A stretch of 64,000 nucleotides of DNA from a virus (lineage: Duplodnaviria > Caudoviricetes): IMG/VR virus record IMGVR_UViG_2061766007_002263. One strand, given 5' to 3'. The position numbers were made by a program, and so were the translations under genes. The notes below the pieces were generated by a model. That model was not told the origin of the DNA. It saw only the letters and a program-made list of their open reading frames with translations, and made no database searches. Positions 1 through 10,729 of the stretch are shown one piece after another (within the stretch, counting starts at the first letter, position 1; the number at the start of each line of letters is the position of its first letter).

Positions 1-23
1 GATTCATTAAGCTCTTTATCCAT
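1..23 (-). CDS. 5' end of a late gene running off the window (MDKELNES...)
   Basis: ATG at 23 with AGGAGG RBS and GCTAAATA late motif at 66-73 on the minus strand. Confidence 0.55.
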
Positions 24-171
24 TTTATAGAAATCCTCCTTAGATTCTTTTAATAATAAACTGTATATTTAGCTGAGACATAGAAAAAACAATCTAATTT
101 TTTAGAAAAATTTCAAAGTTTTTTGCTAGTACCACTAAATATAAAAAGATAATAGAACAGGAGAATTGTCT

Positions 172-783
172 ATGTTTTTAAATACAGATTCTAATACCAA
201 CGATATAGAAGGCTTTCTTAAATCATTGAACTTCCTACCGCCTGAAGGACAGTCCTTGAAGTATTTTATTGTTCCGATTGGACAGAACAATGACAATATC
301 GCCAAGGTAGCAAGCTCAAGCGGATTCGAGCCATTGGCTAATACAAATCAGATTAAAGGCGTTACGGATAACATCGTTTATTCAAAAAGAGACCTTAAAG
401 GCAAGCAGTCTGTTTCCAAGCCGAATTTTGACCCTACCGCAATACCGGATACTTTCCCTATTACTAAAGAAATCAACGTTCCTACTACGGCAACCGGTAA
501 TAACATGAACACACAGGTAGAAAATAATATGAAGACAGACGTTCTCATTTCTGGTGGTGCTATTCTTCCACCCGGTTCAGGAGTAAAAACAGTCAAACCA
601 GACGCGAATATAACGCCTATTCACGTGGGAAATATGCCAAAGCCGGTTATGGACCCAAGGGAATCACAGCAAAACAAAGCTATGACTGTGATTGAGTCTA
701 CTGAAAGAAACTTCGATTTTATCCTTAACGAGAGCGTTGATATATTCCCTGTTAACACTCTGTTCCATTTCAAGAAGGACTAA
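172..783 (+). CDS. hypothetical late protein
   Basis: ORF; AGGAG RBS, ATG at 172; ACTAAATA motif at 134-141. Confidence 0.7.
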   Translation: MFLNTDSNTNDIEGFLKSLNFLPPEGQSLKYFIVPIGQNNDNIAKVASSSGFEPLANTNQIKGVTDNIVYSKRDLKGKQSVSKPNFDPTAIPDTFPITKEINVPTTATGNNMNTQVENNMKTDVLISGGAILPPGSGVKTVKPDANITPIHVGNMPKPVMDPRESQQNKAMTVIESTERNFDFILNESVDIFPVNTLFHFKKD

Positions 784-795
784 GATTAGCGATAT

Positions 796-1257
796 ATGAC
801 TTATGAATCAATCAACGCCGAAGACGTAAAAACAATTGAGGCAATACAACGTCGTATAGACTCAACTATAGAGATTTTGAGCTCTGATTTGAAGTTTCTT
901 TTGGACACTCTTCAAGATTACAAGAACACCACAAAAACTATGACAACTGCCGCTTTAGGAGAAACAAACATTCTTTTGAAATATAGTAGCGGACATGACG
1001 ATTCGGCGTATAATCTTCCGGGTGTTTTTGCTCCGAGCGTTTCAACATATGATATCGCCGAGATGCGTGGTGATAACGAGAAGCTTAAGGAGCTTCAGAA
1101 GAATCATCAGACGATGGATTCCAAGAGGAGTACATTGTACAGCATGATTTCTGGAACATATAATGAAGTAAGGACTCGGCTCAATCTTTTGGCTGTAGAT
1201 AACCAGACCTTAGTTTCCAAGATAGAAAGCCTTAAAGACTTGAATGATTCAGAATAA
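796..1257 (+). CDS. hypothetical protein (coiled-coil)
   Basis: 153-aa ORF co-oriented with upstream gene, followed by terminator. Confidence 0.7.
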   Translation: MTYESINAEDVKTIEAIQRRIDSTIEILSSDLKFLLDTLQDYKNTTKTMTTAALGETNILLKYSSGHDDSAYNLPGVFAPSVSTYDIAEMRGDNEKLKELQKNHQTMDSKRSTLYSMISGTYNEVRTRLNLLAVDNQTLVSKIESLKDLNDSE

Positions 1258-1277
1258 TTCGTTGAAAAAAAAATATG

Positions 1278-1310
1278 AAAAAACCCCGGAAAAATCCGGG
1301 GCTTTTTTTT
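1278..1310. terminator. bidirectional intrinsic terminator
   Basis: A-run, CCCCGGA-AAAA-TCCGGGG hairpin, T-run; between convergent genes. Confidence 0.85.
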
Positions 1311-1653
1311 ATTCTATAATTTCTTTTGGCTTTATTTCCACTTCCTCTAACGGAATTGTTTTAGTCTCACCATTTTCGGTATTACTTACCGTTACGGATA
1401 TCTTACCGATTGTACCGTCTTGCTGGAACTTCATGTAAAGTTCATTGAGGCAAGCTATGCAGAAAAGGTTATGGTTATCAAACGCCGTTTTCTTTTCGTG
1501 TTCTTGGATTGTAGAATAACGGATATAAAATGCTCCGTTATTTATTATACCATGCTTAGAGCATACAATATTCACTTGTTCATTTGAATCAATTTTTTCA
1601 ACTTTTACCTGGCTTTCAGCCTTTTCTTCCGTAGGGTCTTTTTCATTAATCAT
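1309..1653 (-). CDS. hypothetical protein with CxxH...CxxC putative Zn site
   Basis: CSKH and CIAC motifs; last gene of the groEL operon. Confidence 0.65.
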   Translation of the reverse strand: MINEKDPTEEKAESQVKVEKIDSNEQVNIVCSKHGIINNGAFYIRYSTIQEHEKKTAFDNHNLFCIACLNELYMKFQQDGTIGKISVTVSNTENGETKTIPLEEVEIKPKEIIE

Positions 1654-1979
1654 AGAAATTTTATCTCCTCTTTGTTAACTAACAAGTTGTTTCCTAAATC
1701 ACCGGAACCATGAGTCATTAAATGACGATAAGCATCGGGTGAAACTTTCTGTATTTTATAATTATTCTTTTCAGCGAACTCTTCTGTTTCTTTGTTCCCC
1801 TTCTCGATGAGCTTACGGCAATACGAATCGAGTACAACAGTAGAAATTATAAATGCGCTGAACAAGGCTCCGATAATTATTGTTACTACAGGGCATATCC
1901 ATACCATGGGGATTCCTGATGCCAATACGGATATTCCGATAATTATGAACAGCTTTTTTCCGAAATCAGTCAGGTGCAT
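1650..1979 (-). CDS. small membrane protein
   Basis: two N-terminal hydrophobic helices; ATGA overlap with next gene. Confidence 0.7.
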   Translation of the reverse strand: MHLTDFGKKLFIIIGISVLASGIPMVWICPVVTIIIGALFSAFIISTVVLDSYCRKLIEKGNKETEEFAEKNNYKIQKVSPDAYRHLMTHGSGDLGNNLLVNKEEIKFL

Positions 1980-1984
1980 AGCGG

Positions 1985-2272
1985 CTACTCTTTGTCCTCT
2001 GTTTCGAGCGTTCCGATAATGATTTCTTGTACCGCTCCTTTAGCTACAGCCTCATTTACTTCGTTTTTTTCTGTAACCGCGTCTTTTGGAAGGTCACCTG
2101 CTTTTACAAGCTCTTTTATGAACGTTCCAAGATACTTTGTAGCTTGAGCGGGCTCGTCGAATACAATCGGCGAGTATATCGGATAAGCAAGTGTTTCGCT
2201 GTGGAATCCTACGCGAATCTGCTTATTATAGATAACTATTGGCTGGAACAATCTTCCGTCACTAATCATCAA
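1985..2272 (-). CDS. hypothetical protein
   Basis: 95-aa ORF overlapping the groEL stop. Confidence 0.65.
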   Translation of the reverse strand: MMISDGRLFQPIVIYNKQIRVGFHSETLAYPIYSPIVFDEPAQATKYLGTFIKELVKAGDLPKDAVTEKNEVNEAVAKGAVQEIIIGTLETEDKE

Positions 2273-3932
2273 AGATACTCCTTTCTTGGTCTATGACAGC
2301 ATCATTTGCTTTTACGTGGCAATTCATTGCGTCGCTGGTTATTACGCAGTCTGTCGTAACGAATGTACCGGCAAGTGACGTTGAATATTGTATAGCAAGT
2401 ATCTCGACTTTAACCGGGTCGATAATACCGGCATTATACATGTCGTCACAAAGTTCCTCGGTTTTCGCGTTATAACCGAAATTCGGATTCTTGGATTCTT
2501 TTATTTTCTCCGACCAGTATCCTGGGTCTTTTCCGGTGGACTCGATTATAAGCCTTGCGGGGCTTTCCATTACTTTCAAAAACTTCTGATATCCTACTTC
2601 CTGTGTCGGATTATCGAGAGGAACATGATTGTCTTTAGCCTCTTTTGTAGCATGCAGAAGCCCCGCACCACCACCTGCAAGTATACCGTTGTTTATTGCG
2701 GTATATACAGAGTTCACGGCATCCTCATAGCGGTCTTTCTTCTCTTTTACTTCGGCATCAGTAAAGCCTCCGACCCAGATTACCGCAACGCCGCCTGAAA
2801 GCGAAGCTATACGTTCATTAAGATATCTTATCTCATATTCAGACATTGCCTCTTCGTCGGAACCGTCGGTTCCTCTTGTAATCTTGTCTTTTATGCTTTT
2901 TATATGATTATCGATATCCTCTTGATTTCCTTTTCCTCCGAGAATGTTCATCTTTTTCGGTGTAGCCGTGAAGTTTTCTGACGAGCCAAAATATGACGCA
3001 TTGAAAGTATCTATGGATTTTCCAAGCTTGCCTTCTACGATTGTCGCGCCGGTTACTTTGGCGATGTCCACGAGATTGTCGTCCATAGCTTCCTTTGACG
3101 CTCCGGCAGGACCGACCATTACGGCGCTGAATCTGTTACTACTTACATTATCGATAAACACAGAAATAAAATCGTCTGAGTATGACGGAGCTACGATTAC
3201 CAAGTCGCCTTTTGCCAATGAAAAAATAGGCTGGATGTCTTTAAGTGATTCCAGTTTTTTTCCATATACAAAATATGACGGATTGGTATATCTAACGGTA
3301 TTATTATCGGAGTTTACGCTGCAGGAAGAAAGGTATCCACGATTTACCTCGAATCCGGATGAGTATGTGACGCTGGTTTCGCCTTTACGGTTTTTTGCCG
3401 CGTCAACACATACAACACCGTCTTCGCCTACTTGTACGAAAGCGTCTTTTATTATGTTGCCTATTTCCGAATCATTGTTGGCGGATATAGTGGCTACTTT
3501 GAGTATGTCTTCCTCAGACTCTATTGATTTTTTGTTTTTCTCAAGGATTTCTATAACGTCTTTCGCGGCTTTTTGGAATCCACGTTTGATATCAACGGAA
3601 TCAAAATCACGTTCGATTAGCTCGTTTCCCGCTTCGCATAGCTCTACTGAAAGAAGCGTAGTAGTGGTGGAGCCGTCGCCACATTCACCGTTCACTTTTC
3701 TAACACTGTCCTTAAGATAGCTTACTCCAAGGTTTTTATAGGGGTCAGTAAAATCAATGAAGTCAAGGACTGAAACTCCGTCCTTGGTTACTACCGGATG
3801 TATGGTTCCATTGTCGAGCATAACCGTATGTCCCTTCGGACCTAGTGTGCTCGTTACGGCTTTCTTTGCCTCAATCATTCCCGCCAGTACTTTGGAACGG
3901 GCATTGCTTTTGAATGTTATTATTTTACCCAT
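2262..3932 (-). CDS. groEL: GroEL-like chaperonin (phage type)
   Basis: TLGPKG, VTKDGVSV, GDGSTT, ISANND, EKKDRYEDA, GGGAGL, GIIDP motifs; no GGM tail. Confidence 0.95.
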   Translation of the reverse strand: MGKIITFKSNARSKVLAGMIEAKKAVTSTLGPKGHTVMLDNGTIHPVVTKDGVSVLDFIDFTDPYKNLGVSYLKDSVRKVNGECGDGSTTTTLLSVELCEAGNELIERDFDSVDIKRGFQKAAKDVIEILEKNKKSIESEEDILKVATISANNDSEIGNIIKDAFVQVGEDGVVCVDAAKNRKGETSVTYSSGFEVNRGYLSSCSVNSDNNTVRYTNPSYFVYGKKLESLKDIQPIFSLAKGDLVIVAPSYSDDFISVFIDNVSSNRFSAVMVGPAGASKEAMDDNLVDIAKVTGATIVEGKLGKSIDTFNASYFGSSENFTATPKKMNILGGKGNQEDIDNHIKSIKDKITRGTDGSDEEAMSEYEIRYLNERIASLSGGVAVIWVGGFTDAEVKEKKDRYEDAVNSVYTAINNGILAGGGAGLLHATKEAKDNHVPLDNPTQEVGYQKFLKVMESPARLIIESTGKDPGYWSEKIKESKNPNFGYNAKTEELCDDMYNAGIIDPVKVEILAIQYSTSLAGTFVTTDCVITSDAMNCHVKANDAVIDQERSIFDD

Positions 3933-3960
3933 TGTTTCTTATTAATACCTCCTGCTGCGT

Positions 3961-4203
3961 TCAAACTGAGATGTTGTCAGTAATGAACTCAATATATTCC
4001 TTATTTAATCCAGAATTATAAATCTTTCTCATAAGCTCCGGAAGCCTTTCAATAGTCGTTTTAAGCTCTGACGAAATGCTCAGCTCCTCAGGCTTGTTAT
4101 AGAAAGTAAATCTGTCCATTTCCGAGCCGTCGTCGTCGAGTATGAAGATAACGGTCATTTTCTCGTTCTCCGAGCTTGTGAAATTCGTAGTTTTTATCTT
4201 CAT
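3961..4203 (-). CDS. hypothetical protein
   Basis: 80-aa ORF coupled by ATGA overlap. Confidence 0.65.
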   Translation of the reverse strand: MKIKTTNFTSSENEKMTVIFILDDDGSEMDRFTFYNKPEELSISSELKTTIERLPELMRKIYNSGLNKEYIEFITDNISV

Positions 4204-4493
4204 CTTGCTGTCCTGAACTGTGGTCGGTTATGTGTTTCCAATATCGCGGTAATGATACATTTGGTATTGGCATCGCATACAACCGTAATTAAAATGTCTC
4301 TGAGCTTAAATGTAAAGTACTCCGAGTATCTGCCTTTATTGTCCACTTTGCGGTGGGGCTCAGTATTCTCGCATATTGACAGTATCAGAGCCTTATCGTC
4401 CTCGCTTAAATGGATACCAGTGTTTTTTAATATATTATCCGGGAAAGATTTTATAAACCTATATGGATTATGATGCGTTTCGTATCTCACCAC
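4200..4493 (-). CDS. hypothetical protein, possible small RNase-like (BECR) fold
   Basis: THH..YR N-terminus and ITVVCD...IIT C-terminal strands; weak. Confidence 0.5.
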   Translation of the reverse strand: MVRYETHHNPYRFIKSFPDNILKNTGIHLSEDDKALILSICENTEPHRKVDNKGRYSEYFTFKLRDILITVVCDANTKCIITAILETHNRPQFRTAR

Positions 4494-4953
4494 TTTTTAG
4501 GAATCTCTCTACGTTGGCAGTATAAATTTTTTTCAAATCCGGGTCACTGGCTATTTCAAACCCCGTCGTTATACCTACGGAATACGCTATACGGACGATT
4601 GTGTTTATGCATTCTGTAAGTACTTGCTCATATCCTATGTTCAGCACATAGTCAGTGCAGTTGTTCATGATTTCCTTAAGCATTATGTCTACTAGTTTTT
4701 TTCCGGTTTCTGTGTTTTTAAAATGCGCCGGGAGGAACTTCGTTACTTCCTTGGATTTTTTAAGCAATGTTTCCCTTGAGACTCTGGTTCTTTCGGACAT
4801 ATTTGCCATTATGCCGTCGTTAAATGATTCTAGTAATGTGCTGGAAATTAACGGAACAATTATATTACGGTCAAGAGTTTCATTCACCATGTTTACGATG
4901 TTGTCTACACGGTTTTTAAAAGCCTTTGATTCAATAAAATCACTCGATGTCAT
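4468..4953 (-). CDS. hypothetical protein, first gene of groEL operon
   Basis: GGAGG RBS; ACTAAATA at 4974-4981. Confidence 0.7.
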   Translation of the reverse strand: MTSSDFIESKAFKNRVDNIVNMVNETLDRNIIVPLISSTLLESFNDGIMANMSERTRVSRETLLKKSKEVTKFLPAHFKNTETGKKLVDIMLKEIMNNCTDYVLNIGYEQVLTECINTIVRIAYSVGITTGFEIASDPDLKKIYTANVERFLKSGEIRNAS

Positions 4954-5003
4954 TATAAATTAAAACCTCCGAATATTTAGTCTTCGGATTCAGAACTCAA
5001 AAA

Positions 5004-8000
5004 TTAATTTATGGAATTACGGTTTTCTATCTCTTTCTCAAAATCAAGCATGTATTTGTTTTTGAGATTGTCCTGAAGACCACCTAAGTCCAGTCCTATT
5101 CCGGGTATCGTATGGGCTTGTTCCTCTGTAACCGGGTATAATGTATATCCGAATGCGCCGGCGGCAGTGGTTGTCCGTGGGTCTGGCAGTATATCGCCTT
5201 CCGAATATGTTCTGTATGATTTTATTTTGAGCTCCGATACATATCCGGCCGCTTTAGGTCTGCTTACGGGCGGAATAGCTACTACCCAATAGTCAGATTT
5301 GCTGCTTACCGCGCAGAACGTATCAAAAGGTGAATATGTTCCGGCCGGTTGGGATTGAAGTTCCTTCTGTGCCTCAACAAGCTTGGACGGGTCTATTCCG
5401 GTCTTTACGTCAAACTTTATCATAGGCAGACTTACGCCGTTCTTTTGTATATTTTTTCTTGATTTCCAGTCAGGAAGAGTCTGGTATACATAAGGATATT
5501 TGTTCTTGATTCCAAGTTGTGCTCTCAAGGCTGCTTTCCTGCTTGCGTTCGACATATTTATGTTGTTAATCTTTCCACGGTCTGCCCAGGTAATTTGGAA
5601 GATACAGTCGTCTATGTCATTGCGTACTTGTTTCTGTTCGTAGCTTGAAACTTTCTTGTTGAACTTCTTGACGGCTTCGTTGGCAAGATATTCTTTGGAC
5701 TCAAAACGGAACATATCATCGAACGGAAGCTCGGCGTATCTTTGTTTTTGTGGAATCCAGATGTATCTCTGGTCGTTGGATTTTACCGTACCGTCCTTGC
5801 ATTTGTTCAGAAAATCCATAGCCTCATTATCATCCACATACTTTATCTTTATATACAACAACATGGTCCTGTCCTGTGACAGTTTCAAATTCTGGTCAAT
5901 AACACTGTTTATTTTCTGTACGTTACTGTTGTCTATATCATAGAACGATACATTATATGTATGTGTGCTTGAGTCGAAAATATCAAATGTTTCAGATTTG
6001 CCGGTAGGATTGAAGTTCTCTATCTGCTGACAAATCAAAGGTATTGCTCCTTCAAGCTCACGCATTCTGAATAACGTGCCGTCAACTTTGTTGCATCTTG
6101 AGTTTATATAGAACTTGCGGTATTCATAAAGCACATTAAGATACGCATACATATATTCCTCAACGCTGTCGTCTCGTCTGCCTCTTGTTACCAAGTCTAC
6201 GGTATTTTGTTTCAGGTCGCGTATAGCGTCATAAATAACGTTGTAGTCATTATAAGTCCATGAATACGATGTCATGCCCACATACTTTGACATTCTGTTT
6301 ATGAAGTTGTCAAGCACGTTTATTTTCCTGTTAAAAGAATCAAGCACAGTCTGCTTTGTTGATTCATTCTGAAAAATTTCATATGCTTTTTCAATCCAGT
6401 AATGGTAAAATACGCTTGACGTATCATACGAGTCGGATATAGGAAGGCTCTTGGAAAGCACTTGTTTGTTTACTGTGTGTTTCAACAGAGTCCATACTTC
6501 ATGCCAGCTTACGTCCTGTACAAAAATCTGTTTTGCTTTCTGCAACCATGCGCGTTGATGGTTCGCCGAACGTATCAGGACTCTCAATCCAACGTCGTTT
6601 GTAACTATTCTTGGCTGGAGATAATCTGAAAGATTCCTTCCGTTGGGCTCAGTAAACTTGAAGAACGTGGAAGTGGCAAAAAGGTTACTGAGGGCTTTGC
6701 GTAATCCGGGGTCTATGTAATTTATACGCACATACTGTTTTACTCCCTGTGAATAAATGTAGTTGTGCTGTGAGCTTACGCCCGGAGGAGAGATGTATAT
6801 TAATGGCGCATAGTTGTTTAATGTATAAAACGGATAGTAATTTCCGATGTCTTGCATTCTTACGTCTTTCACCCAGCTGCCGTATACGTTCTGTAAATTC
6901 ATGTAACTGTTCGGATTCTCAAAATAGTTTCCTGACGGATTTACGTTTGAATATTCCATACCAGGTAATGCGGACGCATATCCCCATCCGAATATAATAG
7001 GAGCATCCCAATCTGTACCAAGCTGAGCCCATGTTTGTGGAGAAATTCCTGCCCATGACGGCAACGTAGAATATCCAAACGGAGAATTCGGAAGAGGAGT
7101 CTGTGAGCCGGAATCCGGTGGTATATCAAGGTTAGCCTCTTGTTTGTTTCCAGCATACATAAGCGTGTCCAAGTTAGTCCAAGGGGTCGCGCCGGTGAGC
7201 CCGCCCTGCTTGATTCCACCTATAACTTGCTTTACGTTCTTCAAGTCAACTTCTATAAACGGAACGGTGCCGGTTACAAGCCTTGAATGCCAGCACCACC
7301 AGCTACTGCACCATCCATACTCACGTACAAGATACCATTCTCTGTACAAGACCGTATATGTATTTCTTCTTACAGGCACTTTGATAATCTGGTGCGGACC
7401 ATTATTGTATCTGTCTGAGAATGAAGTTCCCGGCGCGGATTGGAAGAAATATACGTCATGCCATGAATAAGTTGAGTTTCCGGTTACATACTCAAGAAAA
7501 TTGAGCTCTTCCGCATGCCGTATATCACATGGTCCGTAATCCGGGCAGCTGTGATACCTTACACCACTCTGAGGAAACGTAAGCCGGTATCCGTTGGATT
7601 TGGAATAAGCCATAGAAATACTCATCGCGGCATTATGTGAATTCATTGGAGACAATCTTATCGGTAATCCGTTGCATACTTTGTTCCAGAAATTGAACCA
7701 CCAGTTGTCCCCATAATTCTTGCAGTAAACATTGTTGTAATAATAGCCTTCCGAGATAGTCCAGAAAGACGATGAGCTGGCGTTCGGATTAGAATGCATC
7801 AGAGGTCTTTTCATGTAGTATGTTTCCCACTGGGTATAAGTACAATAGTATTTCAGACTCGCACGATATGCCGTAAGTTGATACACACCACATATACCAT
7901 GATAGTATCTGTATCTGTACCATCCTCCGGTGTATTCGTATGACGAAATATAAATCCATCCGAGTCTTCCCCAGTAGTCTTTGTAGTAGTACATTGAATA

Positions 8001-10661
8001 CGTGGTAGGGTAGCCCGCCCTTGTCCAGTAATCAGGGCTTGCGTACCAGTAATTATATCCACCATACGCTGACGAATAATAGTTCCAGTTTGACCATTCG
8101 TAGTATGCGTTCCAGTAATAGTGTGGACAATTCGGATAATAGTCATTGTTGTATGGATTACACATGAAAGATACAGGCGTAAGATATCCTGTATTATGGG
8201 ATTCATATGTCCATCCATGTCCGATTGAATAAAAATAATTTCCGTTTATATATCCGTTAGGACTGTCAGACCACAGCCAGTGTCTCATAAGGCAGTAGAT
8301 GGCTTGCAGCGTGAAGTCGCAGCTTCCTTGTTGCAGTAATGACTTGCACCTTGAAGGACTCCTGTATGGGTCTTGGAATAAAGCTCTGTTTCCTATAGGA
8401 GAATATCTTTCCTCCACGCCGTTGAAATTCTGGCTTACGTTCGTGGACAAGTTCTCCGCGCCAAGTCGTGGAACATTCCTAAGGAACTCGTTGTCCTTCT
8501 CGAAATACCCTTCTACAGTTTTTGGATTGTAGTTTCTTCCGTGCGGTCCGCCATAAAGAGCCGGAGCCCAATGTGGAATTCCAGTATCCCTGGAATATTT
8601 GCTGTTCTCGTTTTTGTCCGCGTCAATCATGGACGTTACGGTTTTATCGCCGTTAGGGTTGCTGAGGTCAATCTCAGACTCTTCGCTGAAACTGCTGTTG
8701 CCGTTACCGGTTCCACCAGTCGTAGTAGTGTTTTTGTTTGACGACGAGTTTGCTGTAGCATAGTTTGAGTTGTGTTCCTTTTTCGCTATACTCATTGCGC
8801 GGTTTACCATGTTGGAACGATTGAGGAAGTATTTCAATATACGTGAGCCGCCGATTCTTATACCGAGAATCTTGTAGTCGTCATATTCAGGTACGCTGAC
8901 GTTATTTGCGATGTCCGGAATGTTTTTATACACTTCATTTCCAGCGCTGTCAGTAACAGTTGTTTCCATGAGAATCGGAGTATATGGATAAGCGGCATTT
9001 TTGCGGTAATGTTTTGTAGTAGTTTCACCGGTGTTTTTGTTATATTCCTTTACGTCATATTCTGATTGGTCATATCCGAGGCTGTCGTCTTCCATGTACA
9101 GCGCGTCGATTATCTGATGGATTACGCCGTCAAGTTGCTCAGTGCTGTCAGGTGCAGTTGAGTCCTCAAATTTGGAGCATGACGAGTCAATGCTCATATG
9201 TACTATGTCAACTGAGCTTAATCCGTCGTCCGGAGTAGTGTATAACGCTTGCCAATATTTAAGGCTGTTCCAGTTTCTCCATCCGGAGAATGCCGCGTTC
9301 ATCTGGTCGTCACGCATTATCTTTTCTTTGAATGACAGCTGACGATAGTTATTGCTTGAAAATCTGTTGCCGTCTCCTCTGCCATAAATGCTCAACCGGC
9401 TTGATTCAAAGCCGCTTAACGCAACGTCATAGAATTGGTCAAGACCGTCTCCACGGTTTGTTGATATGTAGTTCAGCCAATATACTGAATATGGAAATGC
9501 TGACGGTATCCAGTCAGACCGGTTAGGCACGGGTACGCCTTCAATTGGAGTCTTTGATACTGCGGCATTCAACGCCCCATATACGAAAGCTCTTGAATCC
9601 GCATACCCAGAAGGGTTGTCAGAAGTAATACGGTTCGTAAGCGAGAGATACGACGGAGCTTTGTTTTCTTTGTTCGTAAGCATACCTTCCTGTATGTAAA
9701 TGGACAGGTCCCATTCCGTAAGGTATGTCGAAACTATTCCGGTGCATTGTTCGAAGATATGCTGAAGAAACGAAATGTTGTCGTTTATTGCTTTATACGC
9801 GGGCAGACGGTACGTAGGATTCTTTCTCATGCTCAGAAGCTTTGACGTATCATACGTAACTGTTTCTGGGTCGAACTCGTCTTTATAAACCCATTTTTTG
9901 GCTTTGGAGTCCCATTTTCTTGTCCTTATGTAATAATCCACGGATGCATGCAGCGTTGTATAATCTTTGAAAGATTCGGATGAATATGGCGGAAAAAAGA
10001 AATTGACATATTCCTCAGAATAAGGTGGTACTGCATAAAAGCTGCCGTATATCCAGCCTTTACTCGGAACATACTGCCATCCGGAACTGCTGCCGATACC
10101 TGGAATGTCTGTCTTGAGACGAAGATTCAGCGTTGTATCTATACGTCCGTATTCATCGTATTGTCCGAAGATGTTGCTGTCATGCAGTATTGCTCCACCC
10201 GGATTGTACAGATATTCTTTTATTCCGACGACTTTTCCAAGTCTGTAATCGATGTCACTGCTTATAGGTGACATATAGGAGTCAAGAAAAAGCTGGACGA
10301 ACTCCTGCGCTTGCAATGATTCTACCGCTGCTTCTATAGTGGCGGATTCTTCATTTGACAGCGTACTGGACAATATAGGGCTTTTGGCTGACGCGGATAC
10401 GTTTGACTGTACCACGTCGTCTTTCATAGCGTCAATGGCTTTGAGCCTGAGAAATTTGGCATAGTCAGTAGTAGGGGTAAGACCGTTTCTGTTTATAAGC
10501 CTGCCGATGTTGTTGCGGAATTTATATAATTCATCAATACGGTTTTTATATGACGCGCCGTTAGTTTCTGAGTCAGCATGAAATCGTACTTCATTGTTGT
10601 TCGATTCAGTCATCTCAGACATGTATTCTGTTCTGTCCAGTTCGATGCTTGGATTTCTCAA
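5004..10661 (-). CDS. large putative virion protein with Tyr/Trp-rich central region
   Basis: 1885-aa ORF, TTG start with GGAG RBS, late motif at 10694-10701, next to baseplate genes. Confidence 0.75.
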   Translation of the reverse strand: MRNPSIELDRTEYMSEMTESNNNEVRFHADSETNGASYKNRIDELYKFRNNIGRLINRNGLTPTTDYAKFLRLKAIDAMKDDVVQSNVSASAKSPILSSTLSNEESATIEAAVESLQAQEFVQLFLDSYMSPISSDIDYRLGKVVGIKEYLYNPGGAILHDSNIFGQYDEYGRIDTTLNLRLKTDIPGIGSSSGWQYVPSKGWIYGSFYAVPPYSEEYVNFFFPPYSSESFKDYTTLHASVDYYIRTRKWDSKAKKWVYKDEFDPETVTYDTSKLLSMRKNPTYRLPAYKAINDNISFLQHIFEQCTGIVSTYLTEWDLSIYIQEGMLTNKENKAPSYLSLTNRITSDNPSGYADSRAFVYGALNAAVSKTPIEGVPVPNRSDWIPSAFPYSVYWLNYISTNRGDGLDQFYDVALSGFESSRLSIYGRGDGNRFSSNNYRQLSFKEKIMRDDQMNAAFSGWRNWNSLKYWQALYTTPDDGLSSVDIVHMSIDSSCSKFEDSTAPDSTEQLDGVIHQIIDALYMEDDSLGYDQSEYDVKEYNKNTGETTTKHYRKNAAYPYTPILMETTVTDSAGNEVYKNIPDIANNVSVPEYDDYKILGIRIGGSRILKYFLNRSNMVNRAMSIAKKEHNSNYATANSSSNKNTTTTGGTGNGNSSFSEESEIDLSNPNGDKTVTSMIDADKNENSKYSRDTGIPHWAPALYGGPHGRNYNPKTVEGYFEKDNEFLRNVPRLGAENLSTNVSQNFNGVEERYSPIGNRALFQDPYRSPSRCKSLLQQGSCDFTLQAIYCLMRHWLWSDSPNGYINGNYFYSIGHGWTYESHNTGYLTPVSFMCNPYNNDYYPNCPHYYWNAYYEWSNWNYYSSAYGGYNYWYASPDYWTRAGYPTTYSMYYYKDYWGRLGWIYISSYEYTGGWYRYRYYHGICGVYQLTAYRASLKYYCTYTQWETYYMKRPLMHSNPNASSSSFWTISEGYYYNNVYCKNYGDNWWFNFWNKVCNGLPIRLSPMNSHNAAMSISMAYSKSNGYRLTFPQSGVRYHSCPDYGPCDIRHAEELNFLEYVTGNSTYSWHDVYFFQSAPGTSFSDRYNNGPHQIIKVPVRRNTYTVLYREWYLVREYGWCSSWWCWHSRLVTGTVPFIEVDLKNVKQVIGGIKQGGLTGATPWTNLDTLMYAGNKQEANLDIPPDSGSQTPLPNSPFGYSTLPSWAGISPQTWAQLGTDWDAPIIFGWGYASALPGMEYSNVNPSGNYFENPNSYMNLQNVYGSWVKDVRMQDIGNYYPFYTLNNYAPLIYISPPGVSSQHNYIYSQGVKQYVRINYIDPGLRKALSNLFATSTFFKFTEPNGRNLSDYLQPRIVTNDVGLRVLIRSANHQRAWLQKAKQIFVQDVSWHEVWTLLKHTVNKQVLSKSLPISDSYDTSSVFYHYWIEKAYEIFQNESTKQTVLDSFNRKINVLDNFINRMSKYVGMTSYSWTYNDYNVIYDAIRDLKQNTVDLVTRGRRDDSVEEYMYAYLNVLYEYRKFYINSRCNKVDGTLFRMRELEGAIPLICQQIENFNPTGKSETFDIFDSSTHTYNVSFYDIDNSNVQKINSVIDQNLKLSQDRTMLLYIKIKYVDDNEAMDFLNKCKDGTVKSNDQRYIWIPQKQRYAELPFDDMFRFESKEYLANEAVKKFNKKVSSYEQKQVRNDIDDCIFQITWADRGKINNINMSNASRKAALRAQLGIKNKYPYVYQTLPDWKSRKNIQKNGVSLPMIKFDVKTGIDPSKLVEAQKELQSQPAGTYSPFDTFCAVSSKSDYWVVAIPPVSRPKAAGYVSELKIKSYRTYSEGDILPDPRTTTAAGAFGYTLYPVTEEQAHTIPGIGLDLGGLQDNLKNKYMLDFEKEIENRNSIN

Positions 10662-10729
10662 TTTCTTAATACTCCGGGAGTTGTGTTAACTTTAAATTAG
10701 TCTTTGTTTCAGCTGTTTAAAAAATAAGG

